From Ereboglobus sp. (lineage in GTDB: Bacteria > Verrucomicrobiota > Verrucomicrobiia > Opitutales > Opitutaceae), in the NCBI GenBank assembly GCA_029974595.1, contig JARKRC010000063.1, positions 149,944 to 213,943 on the forward strand: a stretch of DNA of 64,000 bases, given 5' to 3'. The notes beneath the pieces are model-generated. The model searched no databases. It was not told the origin of the DNA and saw nothing but the letters and a program-made list of their open reading frames with translations. Shown here piece by piece: positions 39,976-50,085 of the stretch. Made by a program: the position numbers and the translations under genes. Position 1 is the first letter of the stretch. Each line of letters starts with the position of its first letter.

Positions 39976-40066
39976 ATCGCCACAAAAAGGCGCGGCGGAA
40001 CGGCTGGGAAATCGCGTTTGTTTTTCAGCCTTTCAGCGCTCCGGCCTTTCGGTTTTTCTTTTTTCC

Positions 40067-40786
40067 ATGCCCGATCCCGTCGCAGTCAATTCCATGTTTT
40101 CGCGCATTGCGCGCCGCTATGATGTGGCGAACCGCCTGCTCAGTTTCGGCATGGATGTGTGGTGGCGGCGGCGGCTCGTCCGCGCCGTGCGCAGCGGGAA
40201 TCCGGGCGTGGTGCTCGATCTGGCCACCGGGAGCGGCGATGTGGCGTTCGCGCTCGCTCGGGGACTCGCCGCCGGCACGCAGATCACGGGCATGGATTTT
40301 TGCCAGCCGATGCTGGATGAGGCGGAGGCGAAGCAGGCGGACGCCGTCGCGCGCGGCGGACGCGGGGCGGAGCGTCTTGCAAGGATTGTTTTCCGGCAGG
40401 GCGACGGGATGGCCCTGCCATTGCCGGATGCGTGCGTGGATGCGGTCACCATTTCATTCGGGCTGCGCAACATGGCCGACCGGCACAAATCGCTCTGCGA
40501 AATGCTCCGCGTGCTGAGGCCGGGCGGGCGCGTGTTTGTGCTGGAGTTCTCGCAGCCGTGGCGCTGGTTCAGGCCGTTTTATTATTTTTATCTGAGGCAT
40601 GTTTTGCCGCGCATCGCCGGTTGGGTGACGGGAGACCGGGAGGCATACAATTACCTGAACGACACGATCGAGCAGTTCCCGGCGCGCCCCGCGCTGGAAG
40701 CCGAGCTGGCCGCGGCGGGTTTCAGAAATGTAGCGTCGCGCGGCATGACGTGCGGAATTGTGGCGCTGCACAGCGGAAGCAAATAA
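40067..40786 (+). CDS. ubiE: demethylmenaquinone/ubiquinone methyltransferase
   Basis: N-terminus FSRIARRYDVANRLLSFG and SAM motif VLDLATGSGD. Confidence 0.9.
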   Translation: MPDPVAVNSMFSRIARRYDVANRLLSFGMDVWWRRRLVRAVRSGNPGVVLDLATGSGDVAFALARGLAAGTQITGMDFCQPMLDEAEAKQADAVARGGRGAERLARIVFRQGDGMALPLPDACVDAVTISFGLRNMADRHKSLCEMLRVLRPGGRVFVLEFSQPWRWFRPFYYFYLRHVLPRIAGWVTGDREAYNYLNDTIEQFPARPALEAELAAAGFRNVASRGMTCGIVALHSGSK

Positions 40787-40893
40787 ATACGCGGGCATAT
40801 CTGCAAAAAACTTGCGGCGGGCCTCGGAACCCGCACGCTTTGCGCAACCCATTGCAGAAAACAAACATCACCGGCAACCTCCTCAAAATCATC

Positions 40894-41244
40894 ATGAATA
40901 AAATCATCACATCCATGCTCGTCGCGTTTTGCGCGTGCGCGTTCGTTCTCACCGGCTGCTCGAAAAAGCAAGGCGTTATCGAAGTGCCGAAATTCAAGAG
41001 CGAAAACGTGAACGCCTATTTGAAAGATTATGCGGATTACTGTGAATCCTCCTCGAAAATGGACACCCGCCAGTTTGCGGAGATTCCCAAGAAGATGGAA
41101 GAATTCGCCAAGCGTCAGGCTGCGGTCGTCAAAGAGCTCCAGGGCGAGACCGAGATCAATGCCTTCAACAAGTGCATCACGCAAATCCGCGAGCATCTCG
41201 AAAAAACGCGCCTCGAAGTTTTGAAATCGAGTGGAGGCAAATGA
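40894..41244 (+). CDS. small lipoprotein
   Basis: Lipobox (VLTGC) after the hydrophobic signal MNKIITSMLVAFCACAF. 116 aa. Confidence 0.6.
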   Translation: MNKIITSMLVAFCACAFVLTGCSKKQGVIEVPKFKSENVNAYLKDYADYCESSSKMDTRQFAEIPKKMEEFAKRQAAVVKELQGETEINAFNKCITQIREHLEKTRLEVLKSSGGK

Positions 41245-41274
41245 CGGGAGCGCAAAGAAATTATTCGCAATCAA

Positions 41275-41307
41275 CGCGAGTCCGCATGGGCGGCTCGCGT
41301 TTTTTTA
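41275..41307 (+). terminator. rho-independent terminator
   Basis: cgcgagtccgc-atgg-gcggctcgcg followed by ttttttt. It overlaps the recN stop codon. Confidence 0.7.
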
Positions 41308-42966
41308 TTTGCCGAGCAATTCCGCGGCGTGGGCGAGGGCGCTTTTCGCAGTGCGGTCGCCGAGCATGCGGGCGAGTTCGCTGACGCGCGCCTTGCGGTT
41401 CTCATGAATCGGCTCGATGGTGACGACGGCGCGGTCTTTTGACTGGTCTTTCGCCACGACAAGATGGTTCGCAGCCTGCGCGGCGACCTGCGGGAGGTGA
41501 GTGACGCAGAGCACCTGGTGGTTGCGCGCGATGGAGGCCATTTTTTCGCCGACCACGCTGCCGATTTCGCCGCCGACATTGGCGTCAACCTCGTCGAATA
41601 CGAGCAGCGGCACTTCGTCGAGGTCGGCGAGCACGGTTTTCAGCGCGAGCATGACGCGGGCGAGTTCGCCGCTCGATGCGACGCGGTTGAGGGGCAGGGG
41701 AGCCTCGCCGACATTGGGCGAGAAAAGAAACTCGCAGCCGCAATCGCCCGCCGGCCCCGGCTCGGCAAGCGAAGTGATGCTCACGCGGAAATCGGCTTTT
41801 TTGAAACCGAGCTGCGCAATGCTTTTGGCGGCGGCCCTGGCGAGCTCCCTCGATGCTTTTTCGCGGACGGCGCGCAGGGCTTGCGCGGCCCCGGACATGG
41901 CGCGGGCGGCGTCGGAAATCTGTTTTTCGATGCGGGCGAGCGAACCTTCGATGTCGCCCTGGATTTCGAGGCGGCGGCGCATGTCGTCGCGCGCGGCGAT
42001 GACGGCGCGCACGTCGTTGCCATGCTTGCGGCGGGCGTCGAGCCAGGTGTCCATGCGCGTTTGCAGTTCCGCGGCCTGCTCGGGGTCGAACTGGTATTCA
42101 CCGCCGAGCGTTTCGAATTCGGCGCCGAGGTCGGCAAGTTCGAGCGAGGCGGAGGCAAGGCGGTCTGCGAGCGCCTTGCTCGCGGGATCGAGCGTTTCGA
42201 GGCGCCGGGCCTCGCGCACGAGCGCGGCGACGCGGGCGATCGCGCCGTCCTCGCCCGTCAGGCCGCCCGCAAGCGCGGCGGCGATGCCGATCAATTCCTG
42301 CGCGCGGCTCTGGCGCTGAAAATCGCGTTCGAGCGTCTCGATCGCCTCCTCGGTGAGATCGAGCGCGTCGAGTTTGGCGAGCTGGCGTTCGAGAAAGCTG
42401 ATCTGGTCGGACGAGAGGCGTGTTTCGCTGGCGATGCGGTCGCGCGCGGCGAGGAGTTCGCGCCATGCGCGGTATTTTTCCTGATACGCGGAGAGCTCGG
42501 CGGTGGCGCGGCCGAAGAGGTCGAGGAGTTCGAGCTGGCAGCTTTCCTTGAGGAGGCGGCGGGGTTCGCTGGGGCCGTGAAAATCAATCCACGTTTCGCC
42601 GAGTCGCTGGAGCATGGCGAGCGAGGCGAGCCCGCCGTTGATGGTGATCTTGGGGGCTTTTTCGCGGGGCAGGCTGCGTTTGAGAATAAGCACGCCGTCG
42701 TCGCATTCGGGCAAGTCGAGCGACGCGAGGAGCGCGTTGATTTTTTGCGGGCGCTCGAAAAAAAACGAGGCCTCGACCTCGCACGCGGGCGCGCCCTGGC
42801 GGATGAGGGTTTTGTCCGCGCGTTCGCCGGCGAGCAGGCTGAGCGCGCCGAGGAGGATGCTTTTGCCCGCGCCCGTCTCGCCGGTGACGGCGGTGAAGCC
42901 GGATTCGAAGTCGAGCGACACTTCTTCGAGAAGGGCGAGGTTCTTGATGCGGAGCGATTGGAGCAT
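41305..42966 (-). CDS. recN: DNA repair protein RecN
   Basis: Walker A GETGAGKSIL, a long coiled coil, and C-terminal LLVFDEVDANVGG. Confidence 0.95.
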   Translation of the reverse strand: MLQSLRIKNLALLEEVSLDFESGFTAVTGETGAGKSILLGALSLLAGERADKTLIRQGAPACEVEASFFFERPQKINALLASLDLPECDDGVLILKRSLPREKAPKITINGGLASLAMLQRLGETWIDFHGPSEPRRLLKESCQLELLDLFGRATAELSAYQEKYRAWRELLAARDRIASETRLSSDQISFLERQLAKLDALDLTEEAIETLERDFQRQSRAQELIGIAAALAGGLTGEDGAIARVAALVREARRLETLDPASKALADRLASASLELADLGAEFETLGGEYQFDPEQAAELQTRMDTWLDARRKHGNDVRAVIAARDDMRRRLEIQGDIEGSLARIEKQISDAARAMSGAAQALRAVREKASRELARAAAKSIAQLGFKKADFRVSITSLAEPGPAGDCGCEFLFSPNVGEAPLPLNRVASSGELARVMLALKTVLADLDEVPLLVFDEVDANVGGEIGSVVGEKMASIARNHQVLCVTHLPQVAAQAANHLVVAKDQSKDRAVVTIEPIHENRKARVSELARMLGDRTAKSALAHAAELLGK

Positions 42967-43123
42967 GGTATGCGGAAAGGCGGGCGGGATGCGAAAAGGC
43001 TGGCTGATATGCGCATACTAAAAGCGCGCTGTTTTCAAGCGCGCAAGGATGGCGTGGCACGAAGGCGGAGCGGCATGCCGTGCAACTGGCGCCGGCAGCC
43101 TGCCAGTCGCGCGAATCGGGGAA

Positions 43124-44593
43124 TCACCTCATGTTTGCCTCATATAGCACTGGCTCGGCGTTCTTCTTCGGCAGCCAAGCGGACAATGCATTCTTCACCG
43201 GTTTCATCTCTGCCTTGCCGGCCAGGTTTGTCCATTCCAGCGGGTCGGTTTTGCGATTGTAGAGTTCCTCGGAACCGTCGGCGTAGCGGATGTAGCGCCA
43301 GTCGGCGGTCGCCAGCGCGTGGTTGCCCTTGTTCATCGTCGTGAGCGCGGGCCGTTCCCATTTCATGGAGGGGTTGGAGAGGAGCGGCTTGATGCTTACA
43401 CCCTCCACGTGCTTTGGAGTGGGGATGGCGACCATTTCGCACAGGGTGGGGTAGATGCTCATCAGGTCCACGCCGGCATCGCTCTTGGCGCCTTTGGCCA
43501 CACCGGGTCCGGCCCAGATCATCGGCACCTGCGCGGCGGGCGCCCAGAGGGTGGTCTTGCCCCAGTGTTCCTTCTGCCCGAGATGCCAGCCGTTGTCGCC
43601 CACGAACACCACGATGGTGTTCGACGCATGGGGCGACTTGGCGAGCGCGTCCAACAGGCGGCCCACCTGGGCGTCCATGTAGGAGATGGCGGCGAGGTAG
43701 GCGCGCACGCGATCTTTCCAAAGCCCTTGCGCGAGTATTTTTTTGTGGGTGTTTCCGTCCTTGGTGAATTCGATGCCCGGAGGCGGCAGGTCGGCCAGGT
43801 CGTTCTCCAGCGTCTCGGGCAGCCGTATGCCGTCCTCCGGGTGGAGATCGAAGTATTTCTTCGGCACGTCCCAAGGGGTATGGGGGCGGTGGATGCCGCA
43901 TGCCATGAAGAAGCGGTTTTCGCCGGTCGTATCCAGTTTTTTGATACACCAGTCCACGCTGCGGGCGTCCACGAGGGTTTTCTCGGCGCGCTTTTCGTTG
44001 AAAGGCTCTGCGGGCTTGCCCTCGGTGAACATCCGGTAGCCGAACGGGCCGGGCCGCCGTTTCGCGTTTTTGCCGGCCGGGCCCGGCAGGGTGTCATCCC
44101 TTACGTAGAAGACTTCATCCCAATCCTCGGCCCGGTATTTGTTGTAATGATAGACCTTGCCGGCGGCGTAGGATTTGAAGCCGTGCTTGCGGACGTAATC
44201 GTTGATGCACAGGCCCGGCCCGATGTATTTGACCCAATGGTGTCCGTTCAAATAGATGCCGGTGGTGGAGGGCCGCAGGCCGGACATGAAGGCGGAGCGC
44301 GAGGGGTTGCAAAGCGGCGCGGGACATTGCGCGCTCATGAAGGTGACGCCCCGGGCGGCGAGTTTGTCCAGCGCGGGCGTTTTCGCCTGGGGGTGCCCTC
44401 CCATGGGGCCGACCCAATCGTTCAGGTCGTCCGCAATGATCAGGAGGATGTTTGCCGGGCGCTCCGGGGCGACGGCGGCCTGGGTGTGGGCCGGCAGGGC
44501 GCAAGTGGCCGCCACGGTGGTGAAGGCGAACAAAAATCCATTGTTGAGTGTGTGGGTGCGCTCCGGAGCGGAGGACCTGTCATGTGTTTTCAT
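43124..44593 (-). CDS. sulfatase (formylglycine-dependent)
   Basis: Signal peptide, IIADDLND, and the C-x-P-x-R motif (LCNPSRSAFMSG). Confidence 0.9.
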   Translation of the reverse strand: MKTHDRSSAPERTHTLNNGFLFAFTTVAATCALPAHTQAAVAPERPANILLIIADDLNDWVGPMGGHPQAKTPALDKLAARGVTFMSAQCPAPLCNPSRSAFMSGLRPSTTGIYLNGHHWVKYIGPGLCINDYVRKHGFKSYAAGKVYHYNKYRAEDWDEVFYVRDDTLPGPAGKNAKRRPGPFGYRMFTEGKPAEPFNEKRAEKTLVDARSVDWCIKKLDTTGENRFFMACGIHRPHTPWDVPKKYFDLHPEDGIRLPETLENDLADLPPPGIEFTKDGNTHKKILAQGLWKDRVRAYLAAISYMDAQVGRLLDALAKSPHASNTIVVFVGDNGWHLGQKEHWGKTTLWAPAAQVPMIWAGPGVAKGAKSDAGVDLMSIYPTLCEMVAIPTPKHVEGVSIKPLLSNPSMKWERPALTTMNKGNHALATADWRYIRYADGSEELYNRKTDPLEWTNLAGKAEMKPVKNALSAWLPKKNAEPVLYEANMR

Positions 44594-44786
44594 TGTCAGA
44601 AGTTACCAAGCAAGGGGGTTTTGTTTTATATGCGGATATCAGGGTATCGAACGGCGTTTTTTTTATCACGGATAATGATTTTACGACGATAGCGAAAAAA
44701 TTATTTTTGGTGCGCATGGTTTGCGGACGTTGGGGTCGGGCGGATTGAACATTTGCTTTTCTCAAAACCTCCCGCATATTGCGGCC

Positions 44787-46178
44787 ATGCGCATCGAACG
44801 AGATTCCATGGGCGAAATGCCCGTTCCCGACGAGACCCTTTACGGCGCTTCCACACAGCGCGCGTATTTGAACTTTCCCATCAGCGGACGGCCCCTGCCC
44901 AACGCCTTCATTCGCGGCCTCGCGCTCGTGAAGCTGGCCGCGGCCGTTGCCAACGAGCAACTCGGCCAGCTTTCGCCGGAGAAGTCCCGCCTCATCCAGC
45001 AGGTCGCGCAGGAAGTCATCGAGGACAAGCACCACGCGCACTTCCCGCTCGATATTTTCCAGACCGGCTCGGGCACCTCGACAAACATGAACATGAACGA
45101 GGTCATCGCCAACCGCGCCAGCCAGATCACGGGCAATCCCATCGGCTCGAAAAAACCGTTGCACCCGAATGATCACGTCAACCACGGGCAGTCCTCGAAC
45201 GACGTCATCCCGACCGCCCTGCATGTCTCGGTCGCGCTCGCCTTGCATGGCCGCCTCGTGCCCGCGCTCAAACATTTGCAGGCCGAGCTCGACAGGAAGG
45301 CGCATGAATTCGCCGGCATTGTGAAAATCGGGCGCACGCATCTCATGGACGCCACTCCCGTCACGCTCGGCCAGGAATTCTCCGGTTACGCCGCGCAAGT
45401 TGAGAAAGCCGCCGCGCGCGCCCAGAAAGCAGTCGTCTGCCTGCGCGAGCTTGCCATTGGCGGCACGGCTGTCGGCACCGGCATCAACACGCATCCCGAG
45501 TTCGGCGCCGCGGTCGCCCGCATCCTGACCGAGAAAACCGGCATCCTTTTCTACGAGGCCGAAAACCACTTCGAGGCCCAGGCTGCGCGCGACGATTGTG
45601 TCGAGGCCGCCGGGCATCTTTCCGCGATTGCCGCCGCGCTCACAAAAATCGCGAACGACATCCGGCTCCTCGGCTCCGGCCCGCGCAGCGGTTTGCAGGA
45701 AATAAAGCTCCCCGCCACGCAGCCCGGCAGTTCCATCATGCCGGGCAAGGTGAACCCCGTGATGAGCGAGATGCTCGTGCAAGTGTGCATTTATACGCAG
45801 GGCATGGCCAATATTGTCGCCATGTGCGGGCGCGACGGGCACTTCGAGCTCAATGTCACGCTTCCGCTCATGGCCTACGCGCTCCACGACTCGATCCACT
45901 GTCTCGCCGCAGGCGCGCGCCAGTTTGCCGACGCCTGCGTGAAAGGCATCGAAGCCGACCCGGAGCGCTGCCGCGAGCTCGTTGACCGTTCGCTCATGCT
46001 CGTGACGGCGCTCAATCCGCACATCGGTTACGATGCGGCGGCGGCGGTCGCGAAGGAGGCGTATGCAAAAAACAAAACCCTCCGCGAAGTCGTCCTGGAA
46101 AAAGGCCTGCTCGACGCCGCCACGCTCGACCGCGCGCTCGACCCGGCAGGCATGACGAAGCCCGGAGCGGAAGGGTGA
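44787..46178 (+). CDS. fumC: class II fumarate hydratase
   Basis: Signature GSSIMPGKVNPV. Start set at MRIERDSMGE. Confidence 0.95.
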   Translation: MRIERDSMGEMPVPDETLYGASTQRAYLNFPISGRPLPNAFIRGLALVKLAAAVANEQLGQLSPEKSRLIQQVAQEVIEDKHHAHFPLDIFQTGSGTSTNMNMNEVIANRASQITGNPIGSKKPLHPNDHVNHGQSSNDVIPTALHVSVALALHGRLVPALKHLQAELDRKAHEFAGIVKIGRTHLMDATPVTLGQEFSGYAAQVEKAAARAQKAVVCLRELAIGGTAVGTGINTHPEFGAAVARILTEKTGILFYEAENHFEAQAARDDCVEAAGHLSAIAAALTKIANDIRLLGSGPRSGLQEIKLPATQPGSSIMPGKVNPVMSEMLVQVCIYTQGMANIVAMCGRDGHFELNVTLPLMAYALHDSIHCLAAGARQFADACVKGIEADPERCRELVDRSLMLVTALNPHIGYDAAAAVAKEAYAKNKTLREVVLEKGLLDAATLDRALDPAGMTKPGAEG

Positions 46179-46460
46179 AAGGTGAAGTGAGAAGAGTGAA
46201 AAGGTGAGAGATGAAAAGTGGCGGGGTCGCGCACGCCAAGGGCGTGCCACCCGTCAGCCCGGCGGTTGAGCGTTGCGCGAGACCCCGGGTATCGAAAGTT
46301 TGGATACACGCGCCCTGTAGGGGCGCCACAATTCGTCGAATTACGCCTATGGCACCCCTACAGGGTCCTTTCTGAAAACGACAGGAAACCCAGGGTCTCG
46401 CGCGACGCGCTCGACGCCTGGGCTGACGGGTGGCACGCTGTTGGCGTGCCGGGATACTTC
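46176..46460. repeat. composite repeat: 7-nt-word purine-rich arm plus a ~220-nt imperfect palindrome
   Basis: (GTGAARN)n tract at 46176-46222. Outer inverted repeat 46231-46260 vs 46420-46449 (27/30 matches). Second-tier inverted repeat 46261-46290 vs 46388-46419. Inner inverted repeat ccctgtaggggcgcc vs ggcacccctacaggg (46313-46365). Confidence 0.8.
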
Positions 46461-46488
46461 CATCTTTTTTTGCGACACTCACCTGAAT

Positions 46489-49400
46489 CTACTTCCGAAA
46501 CAGGCGGGAAATCTTGAAATTGCCCGAATCCGGATCGCTGAAGGGGGCTTGCTTGTATGCCGGCGCGTCAACGCTCCCGTTCTCATGGACAAACACCACG
46601 GCCAGCCAGAACTTGTCCGATTGGTTCAATGCATAAAGTATTTCGTTGTGGGTGAGCGTCACCGTCGTGGCGCCGGCGGCGCGGCCTTTCACCTCGATGT
46701 GACGCACGGGCGGCAAAGCGCTTCCCGGCGCGGCGGACGGCGGTTGCGAGGTGATGTCCCATCCGCATTTTTTCGCGGAAACATCTTCGACCGCGCAACC
46801 GCGCTCGCGCTCGGCGCGCATGACGGCGTCCATCGCCAAACGCTCTATGCGCGCCCGCGCCTCCGCGCTTTGCGCCCATCGCGGGATTTCATCATTTTCG
46901 TTCGTTTCGCCGTCATGCCGGTTTTCGGGAGCCGCTGCGTTGCCGTCGCGCAGCTTTTTCAGCAGTCCCGCCGGCACCACGAGCATGCCACCGGTGATGA
47001 CCGGCACGCCTTGCGTGACGTGCTTTTCCGCCTTGAGCGACGCCGTCCGGCTGTCCAGCCGGTCCTGTAATTCGTTCACGCGCCTGCGAATTTCGGACAG
47101 GGGCAGCCGCACGTCCTTGCCCGCATCCCCGTCCTCGGCGAGCCGCTGGTAACGGTCCGTCCAAAACTCGATTTCCCCGCTCAGTCTGTCGTGCACGGCG
47201 GACAGCGTTTTTTCGACGAGAGCCAGGTGCTGCCCTTTGATTTCCTCGAAGTGCGATGACGCCAGCTCCGAGGCGGCGCGGGCCACGACCTTCTTTTCCA
47301 GCGCGTCGAAGGAAATGTTTTCCGGCCAGATATCGCGCGCGCTTGCGCGAATCAGATTCGCATCCGTCGTGTCGAGAGGCTCCAAATCCAAGTGCGGCGC
47401 GTGGCCAGCGAAACCGGTTTCCCCGCCGGGTTGCGCGCGGACGAATTGCATGCGCCTAGACAACACCCGATTGTCCTTTCCCGCGCGAACCTCGTGCATC
47501 AGCAGGAACACCACCGCTGGCGTTTCGCCGGGGTCATTTCTGTCGAGCAGCATGGCGCCGCGTCGCAGGATTTCGGCGTGCCTGTCCAGCATGACATCCG
47601 TGATCGCCAGCATCAGCGGATGCCCCGGATGCAGGAGCACCGCGGAGGGCTCGCCGGATTTTGTCGCACGGGTTGCGTCTTTCTCGAAACACACCCGCTC
47701 GTATCTCTGCAAAACGGGCGCGCTGTCGCGGCGGTTGCGTCCGGTCAGCAGGCGGTCGCGGTCGCGCAACAGTCCCGGCACGTGGGTGATTTCCCAGCGT
47801 CCCGCGCCGCGCGCGTGGATGGAGCCGCCCAGCTTTGCGAACGTCTCCATGAAATACGCCCGCACAAAGTGCGGCTGGAGTTTGCGGGCCTCGGCCTCGT
47901 CCAGTTTCGCTTTCACGGCATACAGCCGACTGCTGTCCATTGCCTCCATGGCCAGCGCGTTTCTGGCCAGTAGCCCGCGAAGCCTTTCCGCGTCGAGAGC
48001 GTCGTCGATTCTCCGGCCCAGGCGTTCCCGCACCTCCCGCCTGTCGCCATAGCGGACGGCCTCGATCAACATGTCCTTGAGTGGCCTGTCCTCGAAAACC
48101 TCGCCCAGAATGTCGAACACCCGGCCCCTGAATGCCTCGCTGATCGCATCCAGTTTGTGAAGCAGTGTGAAATACACGTCGCCCTCGCGGGTCTCCTTGG
48201 CGACGAGATTCCAGAGGTGGCAGACCTCCGTTTGTCCGATGCGGTGGATGCGCCCGAAACGCTGCTCCAATCGGTTTGGGTTCCAAGGCAGGTCGTAGTT
48301 CACCATCAGGTTTGCGCATTGCAAATTGACGCCTTCGCCCGCCGCGTCCGTGGCGACGAGCACCCGCACAGCCTTGTCGGAGCGAAACAACGCCTGGATG
48401 CGGTGGCGCTCATCGCGGCTTGTGCCGCCGTGGATGACCTCCACCGCGCGCGCATCGCCGAGCACCCGGCTCACGCGCTCGCGCAGATACTCCAGCGTGG
48501 CGCGATGCTCGGTGAAGATAATCAACTTGCGGAGCCGTCCGCCGGAGTCGCGCAACTCGGCGCTGTCCGATTGCAGCAGGCCTGAAAGCTCGTCCCATTT
48601 TCTGTCCACGTTGGAGGCGCGCAATGCGCGCGCCTGTGATTCGAGTCGCCGCAGGATTTCGATTTCCTCGCGCAGTTGTGCGAGATTCGTAGCGGCGGTG
48701 GCGCGGTCAACGAGCTCCTCCTCGATTCCTTCGCGCTCTTCCGCGGTCATTTCGTCGTCATAATCCGCAACATCCAAGTCCTCCGCTTTCGGCTCCAGGA
48801 AACTGCCGCCGGAGCGGGCGGCGATTTCTTCCGCGCGCAGGCGTTTCTCCAGCCGTTCGAGGCGGTTTCGCAAAGACTGCCAGATCGCCTCCGGCGACGA
48901 GGCCAGGCGGCGTTGCAGGGTCGTCAGCGCGAGCCCGACGCTGCCCCTGCGCTTCCCGTCCAGCGCGTCGGCCTTGCCCATTTCATCCGTCACATAATCG
49001 GTGACGGCGTTGTAGAGATCGACCTCCGCGTCGGAGAGTTTGTAGTTGAGCGTGCGCGCCCGCCGCTCGGGAAACAATGGCGTGCCGTCGAAGCGCACAA
49101 GCGATTCCTTTGTCATGCGCCTCATCAGGTCCGTCGCGTCCACCTTGTGGACGCCGTCGCGGAACTTTCCGTAAAAACGGTCGCTGTCGAGCAGCGAAAG
49201 AAACAGTTGGAAATCCGCCTCCTTGCCGCTGTGCGGCGTGGCCGTCATCAGCAGCAGGTGCCGTGTCCTCGCGCCCAGCCTCTCGGCGAGACGGAAGCGC
49301 CCCGTGCGGCTGATTTTGTTGCCGTCGTAATGCGCCGCGAGTTTGTGCGCCTCGTCGAAAATCACCAAATCCCACTCCACGCCGAGCACGCTCGTTTGCA

Positions 49401-50082
49401 AGGGGCCGGGGCGGCGCGAGTCGTCGGAAGCCGCTTCCGGCGCGGTTTCCTCGTCGCGGGCCAGTTGGTCGAGGCGGCAAATGACGCGTTCGTTGTCGGT
49501 GAAAAAATTCCCCGTTTGCGTCGTGTTTTCGGCTCCCCGTGAAAAAACACGAAACGGCAGGCCGAACTTCTCCCAAAGCTCCTCGCGCCACTGCTCCACG
49601 AGCGAGCCGGGCGCGACGATCAGCACCCGGCGCGCGTCGGCGCGCAAAAGCAGCTCGCTGATGTAAAGCCCGGCCATGATGGTTTTGCCCGCTCCCGGAT
49701 CGTCGGCCAGCACGAAGCGCAACGGCTGGCGCGGCAGCATGCTTTCATAAACGGCGGTGATCTGGTGCGGCAGCGGCTCGACATTGGATGTGTGGACGGC
49801 CATGAGCCGATCGAACAGGAACGCCAGGTCCATGCGCTTCGCCTCGACAGTGAGCTTGAACTCCGTCCCGTCGCCATCGAAGGCCCAGTCGCTTCCGCAG
49901 GCAACGGCAACACCCTCCGCCTCGGCGGCAGTCAGCAGCCGCTCTCCGATGCCGCCATCCGCGTGTCGGTAAACAATCTGCACGGCCTCCGCCTCCATCG
50001 GCGTAACGGCAATGACGGTGACATTTCCGGCGGCATCGACACCGGAAAGGATGTGTCCGTTTTGGATTTCAGCCAGATTCAT
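46489..50082 (-). CDS. SNF2-family helicase with a C-terminal PD-ExK (DUF3883-like) domain
   Basis: Helicase motifs DDPGAGKT, FDEAHK, MTATPHSGK, QRFGRIHRIGQ. The C-terminal ~120 aa carry GWDI...RHIEVKG...LTHNE...FWLAVV, resembling a restriction-endonuclease fold. The start lies 3 nt after the upstream gene's stop. Confidence 0.9.
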   Translation of the reverse strand: MNLAEIQNGHILSGVDAAGNVTVIAVTPMEAEAVQIVYRHADGGIGERLLTAAEAEGVAVACGSDWAFDGDGTEFKLTVEAKRMDLAFLFDRLMAVHTSNVEPLPHQITAVYESMLPRQPLRFVLADDPGAGKTIMAGLYISELLLRADARRVLIVAPGSLVEQWREELWEKFGLPFRVFSRGAENTTQTGNFFTDNERVICRLDQLARDEETAPEAASDDSRRPGPLQTSVLGVEWDLVIFDEAHKLAAHYDGNKISRTGRFRLAERLGARTRHLLLMTATPHSGKEADFQLFLSLLDSDRFYGKFRDGVHKVDATDLMRRMTKESLVRFDGTPLFPERRARTLNYKLSDAEVDLYNAVTDYVTDEMGKADALDGKRRGSVGLALTTLQRRLASSPEAIWQSLRNRLERLEKRLRAEEIAARSGGSFLEPKAEDLDVADYDDEMTAEEREGIEEELVDRATAATNLAQLREEIEILRRLESQARALRASNVDRKWDELSGLLQSDSAELRDSGGRLRKLIIFTEHRATLEYLRERVSRVLGDARAVEVIHGGTSRDERHRIQALFRSDKAVRVLVATDAAGEGVNLQCANLMVNYDLPWNPNRLEQRFGRIHRIGQTEVCHLWNLVAKETREGDVYFTLLHKLDAISEAFRGRVFDILGEVFEDRPLKDMLIEAVRYGDRREVRERLGRRIDDALDAERLRGLLARNALAMEAMDSSRLYAVKAKLDEAEARKLQPHFVRAYFMETFAKLGGSIHARGAGRWEITHVPGLLRDRDRLLTGRNRRDSAPVLQRYERVCFEKDATRATKSGEPSAVLLHPGHPLMLAITDVMLDRHAEILRRGAMLLDRNDPGETPAVVFLLMHEVRAGKDNRVLSRRMQFVRAQPGGETGFAGHAPHLDLEPLDTTDANLIRASARDIWPENISFDALEKKVVARAASELASSHFEEIKGQHLALVEKTLSAVHDRLSGEIEFWTDRYQRLAEDGDAGKDVRLPLSEIRRRVNELQDRLDSRTASLKAEKHVTQGVPVITGGMLVVPAGLLKKLRDGNAAAPENRHDGETNENDEIPRWAQSAEARARIERLAMDAVMRAERERGCAVEDVSAKKCGWDITSQPPSAAPGSALPPVRHIEVKGRAAGATTVTLTHNEILYALNQSDKFWLAVVFVHENGSVDAPAYKQAPFSDPDSGNFKISRLFRK

Positions 50083-50085
50083 GGG

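Noticed and set aside
46431-46445. Sigma54 promoter-like motif TGGCACG-N4-TGGC, with a mirror copy on the other arm near 46236-46252.
   Set aside because: Both occurrences are part of the palindromic repeat arms (ggcacgc...gcgtgcc). They point into the 3' ends of convergent genes, and the -12 element is TGGC rather than TTGC. This is most likely coincidental.
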